IMG/VR virus record: IMGVR_UViG_3300025124_000003
Length of the DNA stretch: 61,530 nt
Direction: 5' to 3' (one strand)
Origin: an uncultured virus (IMG/VR IMGVR_UViG_3300025124_000003)
Lineage: Duplodnaviria; Heunggongvirae; Uroviricota; Caudoviricetes
In this document: positions 50,339 through 58,792 of the stretch, piece after piece
Numbering within the stretch: the stretch's first letter is position 1
Layout of the letters: every line of letters starts with the position of its first letter
The notes under the pieces: generated by a model
What the model was told of the DNA's origin: nothing
The model's database searches: none
What the model saw: only the letters and a program-made list of their open reading frames with translations
Program-made: the position numbers and the translations under genes

Positions 50339-50992
50339 CTATTCAAACAATTCTGTCAATGACGGAAATTGTTCCAACAAGATAACCTTGATTTCCTGTG
50401 CTATCACCCTATGTTCCTTCTGTGTTGCGTCATCACAACGTAGGATACAATAGTGGATAAAGGAGCGTATATCCCCTGTGAGGTACAATGTCGTTTTGGT
50501 CAACCCTTCAGGAAGAACCTTCCTTGCGACCTCTTTAGCGATACCTTTTGCCAAGGCTGCTTGATATAGCTCGACCGCACTGTCACGAAGACGTGCTTGA
50601 TTCAGTGTCCACCAATCCTGTAGCCCTTTGTCATGAACTTCGATAGAACTCTGTCGGTTCTTCTTGTCCTGTAGACGTGCCTCGGATAGTTCAAACGAAT
50701 CCTCTGTGACCTCTGCATACCTTTGTGAGAATTCCTGAAACTTGCATGACTTGTGACGGATGATCTGCCTACCAATTTCTCTGGTACATTTAATTTCCAT
50801 GGTCATACTGGCAGTTTCAAAGATCGACCAATGTGCGTGATCAGCACAATATTTCAACAGTTTCCCCGCAGTTTTGTGGTTTGCTTGATTGTTAGGGTTT
50901 GATACCCTTGCAACATAAGCAATCAATTCCTCTGCCGTTTCACACTCTTCAATAACAGGTTTCGTTATCGCAACAAGTTTAACACTACTCAT
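50339..50992 (-). CDS. thyX: Flavin-dependent thymidylate synthase
   Basis: HWSIFE, RQIIRHKS..FQEFSQRY, EVARKVLP, TQKEHR. Confidence 0.95.
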   Translation of the reverse strand: MSSVKLVAITKPVIEECETAEELIAYVARVSNPNNQANHKTAGKLLKYCADHAHWSIFETASMTMEIKCTREIGRQIIRHKSCKFQEFSQRYAEVTEDSFELSEARLQDKKNRQSSIEVHDKGLQDWWTLNQARLRDSAVELYQAALAKGIAKEVARKVLPEGLTKTTLYLTGDIRSFIHYCILRCDDATQKEHRVIAQEIKVILLEQFPSLTELFE

Positions 50993-51573
50993 GTATATCT
51001 CCCAATTAGACCTTCCAATAATCTATCCCTTTTCTTGTACAAAAAAGAAACGTCATCACCTGATTGCTCTCGGCTTACAAACGACCAATCACTTAGATAC
51101 TTTTCCACGGCAACATCAAGTATTTTTTTATAGAGTTTATCTCTTCCGGTATCGGTTCTAATTCTTATTTTATCATAACCAGATGTTTTCAAAAAGTCCA
51201 ACGTTGTCTTAACTACCGTAGCAAAAACAACCTGTGAAGTTTTACCGTGAGTATGGGTTTTAACATTAAATCTATTCTGTGTAACGTTTATAAAATGTAC
51301 TTCTATCTCGTTTTTGACATTCTTTACAAAGAAAACCAAGAACATTTCGCCATTATCAACGAAAGTATACCCCCTAATATAGTCTATAGACTTCTTTAAA
51401 TCATCCCTAGCGTCATTATAATCTTGTTCAGACCAATCAGAATTATCCATCAAATCAGTCATCATCGTATAAAACTGGGAAGGAGTAACTTTTTTTGATA
51501 GTGTCGATGTTTTATTCAAGTCAAAACTTTCTAATATAGACAAAGATCCGTTAAATTCTTCAAAATTATTCAT
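50989..51573 (-). CDS. Hypothetical protein
   Basis: 194-aa ORF overlapping neighbours. Confidence 0.55.
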   Translation of the reverse strand: MNNFEEFNGSLSILESFDLNKTSTLSKKVTPSQFYTMMTDLMDNSDWSEQDYNDARDDLKKSIDYIRGYTFVDNGEMFLVFFVKNVKNEIEVHFINVTQNRFNVKTHTHGKTSQVVFATVVKTTLDFLKTSGYDKIRIRTDTGRDKLYKKILDVAVEKYLSDWSFVSREQSGDDVSFLYKKRDRLLEGLIGRYT

Positions 51574-52481
51574 GTAAACCTCTTATTATAGTCTGTTAAA
51601 TACTCAACCACCTCATCAGGTACGAACTGTTTCCAATCATCATCACCCTCTAAAATCATCTTTCTACATTCTGTTCCTGAGATACCTGCAATATATTTAT
51701 CAACTTTAATCTCATTGACTTCATACCCAACGCCACGACCGTACTCCACAGATTCTAAATCTGGAATTATAATCGTTTTTACGTCTGGATAGTCCTTGAA
51801 TCTATAATCAATCATTTCCTTGACTTGTTTAGCAGACCAAGGGTTGTTTTTATCCGGTGCCACGTCACGTATGGCAAGGGTTACGGATTTACCTTCATCT
51901 AATTTCTTACGAATAATATAATCATGACCATTATGGAAAATCCCATTCCAACGACCTATAAACATACATGCTGGTTTGTGATAAGGTTTTAATAGATCAA
52001 TAATATCATCTACACATTCTTTGATTGTGGATAACTCTGTGAATGCTGTATACTCAGGATTAATCGGTTCTTCATAAGGCGCATCAAAACCTGTGAAATG
52101 GGTAATATCCCCATTCATGGCGCGTTTCCACATACCCTTTACATCACGTTCAGCACATGTATCCTTAGACGCTGATACATGAATCTCAATAAAATCACCA
52201 TCATTAAACAATTCACGTACCATATCTCTTGCTTTAGCTTCTGGTGATATGAATGAACAAATGGCATATGTACCAGTCTTAACAAAAAGCTTTGCAATCT
52301 CACCCATTCTTAAAATATGATCATGTCTATCTTGTGGAGAAAATCCAACATTTTTGCCTAAATAGGTTGATCTTAGATCATCCCCATCCAATACAACCGA
52401 ATTTGTTAATACTTTATTCAATTCATTTGCAATTGTGGTCTTTCCTGAACAGGGTAGACCGGTTAACCATACACATTTCAT
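51570..52481 (-). CDS. cysC: Adenylyl-sulfate kinase fused to a cytidylyltransferase-like domain
   Basis: WLTGLPCSGKTT, LDGD, FISP, RDVKG, FTG...YEEP; C-terminal FIGRW...HNGH...ISGT. Confidence 0.9.
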   Translation of the reverse strand: MKCVWLTGLPCSGKTTIANELNKVLTNSVVLDGDDLRSTYLGKNVGFSPQDRHDHILRMGEIAKLFVKTGTYAICSFISPEAKARDMVRELFNDGDFIEIHVSASKDTCAERDVKGMWKRAMNGDITHFTGFDAPYEEPINPEYTAFTELSTIKECVDDIIDLLKPYHKPACMFIGRWNGIFHNGHDYIIRKKLDEGKSVTLAIRDVAPDKNNPWSAKQVKEMIDYRFKDYPDVKTIIIPDLESVEYGRGVGYEVNEIKVDKYIAGISGTECRKMILEGDDDWKQFVPDEVVEYLTDYNKRFT

Positions 52482-52654
52482 CTGACCTTCTCCCACACCT
52501 TCTCATGGATATAATACAACAACATTTTCACGACAAACTCTAGAGTGGTTATTTGGGATGCAATATCAACTGATCCTGTTAACGCAAAAGATATAATAAA
52601 AGTGAAAAATGTTGCAAAAAATCTCCACGAAATAGTTTTATATAATGTCTTCAC
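52478..52654 (-). CDS. DUF2061-like small membrane protein
   Basis: Manual translation KTISWR...K.LLYYIHEKVW; overlaps cysC start. Confidence 0.65.
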   Translation of the reverse strand: MKTLYKTISWRFFATFFTFIISFALTGSVDIASQITTLEFVVKMLLYYIHEKVWEKVR

Positions 52655-52995
52655 AGCTTTTCGGAATACAACTCCATCATTAAATTGTCCATATACTCCT
52701 TTACATTATAATTAAGCAATAACCAATTGTCAAGGTCGATTTCTTTTAACGTTGGGACATAGTGACTTCCACAATACCCTTTCCAATCTTCTTTTATATG
52801 AAGTTCGACCACTGATCTTGTTTCTTCACCAAAACGTCTTACAACCTCGTTTACACCCATTGTATGGTGAAGGATACGTCTGTGTTCTGGTCCACGAAAC
52901 TGTGGTTGAAATTGGTCAAGGAATTGATGAACCTCTGTGTATGATTTGCCAAAATGTTCAATGGATTGTTGTTCATGTTCATTTAGATGGGGCAT
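52651..52995 (-). CDS. His-rich hypothetical protein
   Basis: VHQFLD...HRRILHH...HIKED. Confidence 0.6.
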   Translation of the reverse strand: MPHLNEHEQQSIEHFGKSYTEVHQFLDQFQPQFRGPEHRRILHHTMGVNEVVRRFGEETRSVVELHIKEDWKGYCGSHYVPTLKEIDLDNWLLLNYNVKEYMDNLMMELYSEKL

Positions 52996-53013
52996 AAGAG
53001 TCCTTATGTTTAA

Positions 53014-53103
53014 TGGAGGAAAGCTGGATATTCGAAATCCATCCGTGTTACCACGAACCAGCCACTTAGCAGGTGGTGTCAGTACCTTACTGATTAGCTT
53101 TCC
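53014..53103 (-). tRNA. tRNA-Ser (GCT)
   Basis: Long variable arm, CCA. Confidence 0.85.
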
Positions 53104-53108
53104 GTGAA

Positions 53109-53192
53109 TGGAGGCGGGTAAAAGAATCGAACTCTCACGTTTTACCGTGGCAGTGGGTTCAAGCCACTTTTGTCACCTTGACGCTACCCGCC
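53109..53192 (-). tRNA. tRNA-Ser (TGA)
   Basis: GGCGGGT/ACCCGCC acceptor, long variable arm, CCA. Confidence 0.8.
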
Positions 53193-53289
53193 AAATATAC
53201 ACTTTTCCTCATACCTCTTAGAGATATCAGGAAAAGTGTATCTTATTATTTACTTTGTAAATCATTGTATACTTTTTTTTAAAAAGTAT

Positions 53290-54108
53290 GAAGGTTTGAG
53301 ACTAAGACCTTCGTTGTCAAGACTTTTGTGAGATTATCCGTAGGGGACTTATTCCCTTTGGTTCCTCACGTGTCCACATGAAACTCATTCATGTATCCCA
53401 ACGTGACTGCATTATTAAAGTGTCTGCTTTAACACTGTCCTGTATGACTATTCAATACTTTGTCTACCCTAGTGTGTAGCGAACACCCTAAGTGCGACTC
53501 CCTATCAATACTCTCCACCTTGCGGGTTTTGAGTACCCCAATTCACATAACATGTTGGGGATTAAGCCACTTTCATCATACAGCGGGGTCAACTTTGCGT
53601 TTGAGTATTAATATTGGATTTGAACCAATAATCAACAGCTTTCAAGGGCTGTCAATTAACTATCGAAGATGTGTGACCCCTGTGGATTCATAATCTTGCG
53701 ACTACGAAATACCACACACCTAGTATCTTTCCCGTTTGTATTGGTACTCAATGGTTTGTCAAGATTCCGTCCACCTACTACCGTAGGTATCCGTTCCCTA
53801 TCGAACTACCAACCGCCCTTGACACTACTCTCGGACTGAGTTGATTACCCCTTATCTTTTGTAATTAAGTAGATTTGGTATGCAGTAATTCGGTACCACC
53901 CGAAAGATAAACCAACCAGAGTTACCCATTGGTTTATTTGTCCTACTCTACCGTCCTTACTCAAGTCCATCCCTTGGTAAGATGAACTCACCCATTACGG
54001 GTGAAGACGAGGCTTGCTTGATTATCCCTTTTATAGGGCGGGAGACTGATAGAAGTACATCCCTTTCCCCACGTTACCGTGGTTTATTTCTATGACCTCA
54101 AGCGACCA
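53290..54108 (-). ncRNA. Large (~820 nt) structured RNA, GOLLD-like
   Basis: No credible ORF, raised GC, many hairpins, within tRNA cluster; family assignment from recalled similarity only; boundaries approximate. Confidence 0.55.
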
Positions 54109-54142
54109 TATTCTGATTTTGAAAGAACTTATTGCTCTTTAG

Positions 54143-54537
54143 CAATTGAAAGTAAAAACGGTGAATGACAACATCAATCATCCAAGATTTCTCGACAACC
54201 CAAACATTCTGACACATCCCAATAGGGTAGCAAGTCCTATTGTTTACCTCCCCCGAAGGGTTCATTGGATGAGGGGAATTTCCTTACCCCCAACTCCCAC
54301 TGGCATTGATTCTATAATAGGCTATCGTGTGGATTTCAGCAGGAGAACCAGAACCTTGACCTTATTGCGACCACACTAGGTTACGTTACCTCGGTCTGTT
54401 CTGTTCATTGTTCAGGATGACGTTACTAACCACTCCCTTTAGATATACCGCATCGGGCTTTTGGGTATTTCAACCCCTATCAGGGTACGTTATGGTCATG
54501 CAACCATTATTCCGTCAACCGTTTTTACTTTCAATTG
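54143..54537 (-). ncRNA. ~395-nt structured RNA closed by a perfect 20-bp terminal stem
   Basis: CAATTGAAAGTAAAAACGGT (54143-54162) and its reverse complement (54518-54537). Confidence 0.6.
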
Positions 54538-54636
54538 TCAAAGAACTTGACACAATCCCTTACCCCGTTGATATTATCTCTGGACACCAAGTATCTCTCT
54601 TGGTTATCTGTGATGGGTGATTGTGACTACTTAACC

Positions 54637-54665
54637 ACTATACCAGTTTGTTTACCGTATGTAAA
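54637..54665 (-). promoter_or_regulatory. Sigma70-type promoter TTTACA-17-TATAGT
   Basis: Consensus-like boxes and spacing, upstream of the two large RNAs. Confidence 0.6.
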
Positions 54666-55096
54666 CATAAAACTTAAACATTTTTTTGCTTCTTTTTTAA
54701 TGGTTGGTTCACCTACGACAACCCGGTTATCTGGCTCTGTAGTCCGAAATGGCTCTGCTCACCTCGCCGGGCGAGATCCCACGCTCTCTGTAGGCTCGAT
54801 CTTGTAAATTTTTTCGCACTTCTATGGCGTTTAGGTTGATTTGGCGTACCTCAAAACCATTCGCGGGGAGAATCCCATCTCGCTCTACCGGGTCTGTACA
54901 TACCGTCCTGTCGTATTCCTCGCAGCGGGTGTGGTACTCTTTAACCAAACTGTGCAGATATTTTTCTTTATCCGTAAGCTCAAAGGTTCCGAGTGGCTCT
55001 TGATAAAAAACCAGATAATTTATCTCTGAATTCTATCGTTTCACCGCCAGTTATTTCTAAGGTATGTAGTTTATCATCCATAGATTACCTCGCTAA

Positions 55097-55172
55097 TGGT
55101 GAGGGCGGGGGGATTCGAACCCACCGATATACAGATTAAAAGTCTGTTGCCATTCCACTTGGCTACGCCCCC
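55097..55172 (-). tRNA. tRNA-Lys (TTT)
   Basis: Cloverleaf, CCA. Confidence 0.9.
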
Positions 55173-55185
55173 ATAACTATAAAAT

Positions 55186-55261
55186 TGGTAGGGGTGAGGA
55201 GATTCGAACTCCCACTAATCAGGGCTTAAACCTGATGCCTCTGCCTTTGCGCTACACCCCT
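55186..55261 (-). tRNA. tRNA-Leu (TAA), short variable loop
   Basis: Cloverleaf, CCA. Confidence 0.85.
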
Positions 55262-55401
55262 ATACATATAAACATGATACACTATATTCAGCGATTTGTA
55301 AACTTGAGAAGTTCGTCCTCCCATACCTTCTTAGGGAACGGACACCCACGACTTTTTTAAAGAGGTTTGGGATGACGCCTATCAGACTTCCTCTATAAAA
55401 C

Positions 55402-55476
55402 TGGTACTCCTGAGAGGATTCGAACCTACTATAGAGCGATTATAAGTCGCCTATTCTACCATTGAATTACAGGAGC
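55402..55476 (-). tRNA. tRNA-Ile (TAT)
   Basis: Cloverleaf, loop CTTATAA, CCA. Confidence 0.85.
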
Positions 55477-55489
55477 ATATTTAATATTC

Positions 55490-55574
55490 TGGAACCCCTT
55501 GGAGGAATCGAACCTCGTACCTTCCATCCAACTTTTAAGGAACAGATTAGAAGTCTGTTGTCGGGGCAAGGGGC
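55490..55574 (-). tRNA. Atypical tRNA-Arg (TCT): no D-arm, long variable region
   Basis: Acceptor, ACAGA-CTTCTAA-TCTGT, T-arm, CCA. Confidence 0.65.
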
Positions 55575-55666
55575 TTAAATTCTCAAACAAACTAATCAGT
55601 ATTCTACAGTCTTTATGTAACTATGTCAACACTATATTCAATTTAAAATATTGACAACTTATGTAT

Positions 55667-55740
55667 TGGAGCGGGTAGACGGAATCGAACCGACAATTAC
55701 AACTTGGAAGGCTGTAGTTATACCTTTTAACTATACCCGC
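55667..55740 (-). tRNA. tRNA-Gly (TCC)
   Basis: GCGGG...TCCA cloverleaf. Confidence 0.9.
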
Positions 55741-55753
55741 AAAACTTTAAACT

Positions 55754-55827
55754 TGGAGCCGGATGCAGGAATCGAACCCGCAAATTCTGATTACAAAACA
55801 GAAGTTATACCATTTAACTAATCCGGC
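55754..55827 (-). tRNA. tRNA-Thr (TGT)
   Basis: Cloverleaf, CCA. Confidence 0.9.
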
Positions 55828-55830
55828 TTA

Positions 55831-55906
55831 TGGTCAGGAGTAAGGAATTCGAACCCTTGTTTGCTGGGTCACAGCCAACACGATTTACCTCTATCTTAAC
55901 TCCTGA
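55831..55906 (-). tRNA. tRNA-His (GTG)
   Basis: Cloverleaf, loop CTGTGAC, CCA; lacks the usual G-1/C73. Confidence 0.8.
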
Positions 55907-55912
55907 TTTAAC

Positions 55913-55984
55913 TGGTACTCGCCATGGAATCAAACCATCCAGTCTCTTTGTAAGAGATACTAGGTCATCAGACCTTCGACGAGC
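55913..55984 (-). tRNA. tRNA-Val (TAC)
   Basis: Somewhat degenerate cloverleaf, CCA. Confidence 0.7.
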
Positions 55985-55992
55985 TTAAACTT

Positions 55993-56070
55993 TGGTAGCC
56001 CATGCGAGTGTCGAACTCTCCCTGTACACGGTCTAAACGTGTTCTCTCTGCCATCGTGGAGTAATGGGTC
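55993..56070 (-). tRNA. tRNA-Leu (TAG), short variable loop
   Basis: Cloverleaf, CCA. Confidence 0.75.
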
Positions 56071-56084
56071 AAAATTCATAAATT

Positions 56085-56160
56085 TGGTGGAGGTAGGGGG
56101 AATCGAACCCCTCAGTCACTTTCCTTGCAAGGAAAAGCCGCAACCCCATTGCCTACCCCC
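56085..56160 (-). tRNA. tRNA-Ala (TGC)
   Basis: G3-U70, CCA. Confidence 0.85.
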
Positions 56161-56169
56161 TTAAATTTT

Positions 56170-56335
56170 GGTGATGTGCGTCAGCTTCACAGAAATTAAT
56201 CTCCACCGTAACACTAACCCTGTCACCACAGGGACATACTCATACGAGTGTAAAGTGCGCTTTTTGGGATAGTCAGCCCCTTCAATCATCAGGGTATCGC
56301 CACCTGACTAGACACTAACTAAGTGTCGCGTCTAT
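56170..56335 (-). ncRNA. Candidate ~165-nt stable RNA ending in CCA
   Basis: Several hairpins between tRNAs; 3' ...CACCA; no cloverleaf. Confidence 0.4.
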
Positions 56336-56340
56336 ATAAA

Positions 56341-56417
56341 TGGTCTGCCGGGTAGGATTTGAACCCACGATTTCCTGCGTCCAAGGCAGGTCGCATACCA
56401 GACTTGCGTACCGACAG
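56341..56417 (-). tRNA. tRNA-Pro (TGG)
   Basis: Cloverleaf, CCA. Confidence 0.9.
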
Positions 56418-56438
56418 ATATAAATCATAAAAGACTAA

Positions 56439-56572
56439 CTGAGAGTGTCAGTGTTCCCTTTTGACGTGTTTAAAGGAACTTTCGGTTCATGTATCCGAGC
56501 CTGTGACAACTCAATATGCTATTTACACGTATTGCATATGATCTTGTATGACACATACTCTGACACTCTCAG
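56439..56572 (-). ncRNA. Candidate kissing-loop RNA
   Basis: 13-bp closing stem CTGAGAGTGTCAG/CTGACACTCTCAG; loops ACGTGT and ACACGT. Confidence 0.55.
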
Positions 56573-56576
56573 AACT

Positions 56577-56650
56577 TGGTAGCGGAAACGGGATTCGAAC
56601 CCGTAACTCAAGGATATGAACCTTACGAGATGCCATTTCTCTATTCCGCG
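56577..56650 (-). tRNA. tRNA-Met (CAT), initiator-like
   Basis: CGCGG start with C1 mismatch, CCA. Confidence 0.85.
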
Positions 56651-56660
56651 ATAATACTTG

Positions 56661-57053
56661 TTAGGCGCTTATACACTCGTCGTCGTGTCCGCACTCGCCA
56701 CACTGCCCACACTCAAGGCAAACTGCCCATTGCCTGTTTTCTCCGTCCGAAAAGTCGGTCAATCCACAACTGGCACACGACGAGCAATCTTCACTCCTCC
56801 ACCCAGCCTCACGAAACATCGCGTTATCGTGGCAAACAAATGGTTCTGTTTTGCCGTCGGTCAAATGGTCAACTTCTTTTACTCGATTAACTCGTAGGTC
56901 GATCCAGTCGCAGCAGAAACTACCGTGCGGGCGTTTCCACGCCAATGACCGCGCTTCTTTTGATGATCTGTGGAATACCAGTTCAGCATGTTCCTGCCGA
57001 CATCCCTCAGCAAAGACAGAATATGCTTTTAACATTATTTCTCCAATCCGCAA
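56661..57053 (-). CDS. Cys-rich hypothetical protein
   Basis: CASCG...CLECGQCGEC; GC-richer than flanks. Confidence 0.55.
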   Translation of the reverse strand: MRIGEIMLKAYSVFAEGCRQEHAELVFHRSSKEARSLAWKRPHGSFCCDWIDLRVNRVKEVDHLTDGKTEPFVCHDNAMFREAGWRSEDCSSCASCGLTDFSDGENRQWAVCLECGQCGECGHDDECISA

Positions 57054-57160
57054 GAAGGTTAACTAAATCGTTGTCACTCATACATTCAGGTTACTGGACT
57101 ATCGGATACCTGTTCCGATGTAGTATGATTCACCGAGCCATTGACAACTTGTAAATTAAA

Positions 57161-57277
57161 AAGGGGAAAGCTACGAAGACAAGGTTTCATGATACTATTG
57201 GAAAGCGCCGTATCATATTCTTATTCCCACTTGGCCGTTGGGGGTCTTCTATGGAAAGATACCTCATCTTTCCCCTT
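57161..57277 (-). ncRNA. Candidate small structured RNA
   Basis: AAGGGGAAAG/CTTTCCCCTT closing stem with internal hairpins. Confidence 0.4.
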
Positions 57278-57290
57278 AACTGTGTAAACT

Positions 57291-57366
57291 TGGTACTCCC
57301 TCAAGGATTCTAACCCTGAACTTTCGCTAATCAGGCGAATGTGATAAACAATTTCACCAAGGGAGC
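57291..57366 (-). tRNA. tRNA-Ile (GAT)
   Basis: Cloverleaf, variant T-loop TTAGAAT, CCA. Confidence 0.75.
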
Positions 57367-57509
57367 AAACTTCCGGTAGAGTGTACAAGGAGGTAAATCA
57401 TCAACTTATACCCATCTACCTTAAAATTTGAATGGAATTTGTTCGTTTGTTCCATTCTGAAACGAAAACCCTCACCTGCACACGGGGTCGTTTGGGTTCA
57501 TCCGTCTTT

Positions 57510-57775
57510 TGTTAGAGTAAAGGGTGAGTCTCAAATGAAATCTAAGGTGTCTCTTATTTCGTCAGACCTTACTATTGAAGTCTCAGTGAATTCTGAGAAT
57601 ACTTCTTTCAGGACACTACTTCGGACTTTCCTACGTTTCAAGATATTCGGATCACTACTTGTCATCACCGCCGGAATTGAACCGTTCTTTCCCCGTACTA
57701 AAGGGGACGTGCATTCATACACCATTGATGTTCTTCGTCAGACCCTACTTTTCACTACCCTTTTTCCCTCAACCG
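57510..57775 (-). ncRNA. Candidate ~265-nt RNA containing a tRNA-like domain
   Basis: TTGACA-17-TAAGAT promoter; AAAGGGT/ACCCTTT closing helix; cloverleaf-like 57663-57730. Confidence 0.45.
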
Positions 57776-57888
57776 TGAAAACATCTTATCAGGTTCGTTT
57801 TGAATTGTCAAGATGTTTTTTTTTTGATTTTTCTTGGGTGAGGGTTTTGATAACCCCCCGAAGCCGATATACACGGTCAACCCAAACT

Positions 57889-57964
57889 TGGTGTCTCTTT
57901 CAGGTTTCGAACCCGACTCTTCTGTTCTTCAAACAGACGCTTTCACCAGATTAGCTTAAGAGAC
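57889..57964 (-). tRNA. tRNA-Phe (GAA)
   Basis: Cloverleaf, CCA. Confidence 0.85.
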
Positions 57965-57968
57965 AAAT

Positions 57969-58052
57969 TGGCATAGACGTGAGGAATCGAACCCCTTAGT
58001 GCTGGTTTTGGAGGCCAGTGTGTTCACCAGATACACGTTAACTTACGCCTAT
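57969..58052 (-). tRNA. tRNA-Trp (CCA) with extra bases before the D-arm
   Basis: CTGG-CCTCCAAAA-CCAG anticodon arm, T-arm, CCA. Confidence 0.75.
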
Positions 58053-58059
58053 ATAAAAT

Positions 58060-58135
58060 TGGCACCCTGTACGGGAATCAAACCCGCCAAATCCTGAGTG
58101 ACAGTCAGGTATCACCATCAGATGATCTACAGGGT
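58060..58135 (-). tRNA. tRNA-Asp (GTC)
   Basis: Cloverleaf, GCCA. Confidence 0.85.
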
Positions 58136-58150
58136 ATAACCATTTAATTT

Positions 58151-58225
58151 TGGCTCCAAGTGCAGGGATCGAACCTGCGACATTCTGGTTAACAGCCAGA
58201 CGTTCTACCTCTGAACTAACTTGGA
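58151..58225 (-). tRNA. tRNA-Asn (GTT)
   Basis: Canonical cloverleaf, GCCA. Confidence 0.92.
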
Positions 58226-58233
58226 ACATAAAT

Positions 58234-58308
58234 TGGTACTCCGTAGGGGAATCGAACCCCTTTCAGTGGACTGAAAACCCACTGTCCTAACCAGTAGACG
58301 AACGGAGC
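58234..58308 (-). tRNA. tRNA-Glu (TTC)
   Basis: Cloverleaf, CCA. Confidence 0.9.
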
Positions 58309-58383
58309 AAAATATCGAGTCCTCGCACCGTATCCCTTAGACTTGTCGAGGTAGTCGCCGAGTTTGAGGACTCTTTAAAATTT

Positions 58384-58457
58384 TGGTGGGGTAGCACGGA
58401 ATCGAACCGATATTGCCTGACTCAAAATCAGGTGTGCTACCATTACACCAATCCCCT
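58384..58457 (-). tRNA. tRNA-Gln (TTG)
   Basis: D, anticodon and T arms present; acceptor imperfect. Confidence 0.75.
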
Positions 58458-58466
58458 ACAAAAATA

Positions 58467-58781
58467 TCACGATAACCCATATGAATCCCATGTTGCTTTG
58501 TTCATAAACATGCATCGAGTTTGTATAACTTCCGTTAAAGATTTCCATTCTTTAAAATCTTCAAGAATTCTGTTTTCTTTAACAACGACCCATTTTCCCG
58601 TAGGATAGATGTTATCTTTTATTGCAGGATTTTCATTCCTTACAATATCAACCTGAATGATCGTTATACCTTCATCCATTTTAGATTGACATCGATCACA
58701 CGCATCATAATCAAAAAATTCAGGAACACCTGTCGTATCTGTTTCGTCTTTAGCCTGTCTACACCAAAAGCATACATCCAT
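58467..58781 (-). CDS. Cys-containing hypothetical protein
   Basis: CFWC...CDRC, YPTGKW. Confidence 0.55.
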   Translation of the reverse strand: MDVCFWCRQAKDETDTTGVPEFFDYDACDRCQSKMDEGITIIQVDIVRNENPAIKDNIYPTGKWVVVKENRILEDFKEWKSLTEVIQTRCMFMNKATWDSYGLS

Positions 58782-58792
58782 GGGTTTAAAAT

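Noticed and set aside
53109..53192. tRNA-Sec or opal suppressor
   Set aside because: Anticodon is TGA (reads UCA, Ser), not TCA; folds as standard 7/5.
57620..57640. RNase P RNA (AGGAAAGTCCG motif)
   Set aside because: No matching 3' P4 strand (CGGCTT-type) found downstream.
53460..58229. ORF-track ORFs overlapping tRNAs and ncRNAs (e.g. 53460, 54146, 54408, 57439, 57531, 58038)
   Set aside because: They are antisense to or overlap structured RNAs and have no recognisable protein motifs.
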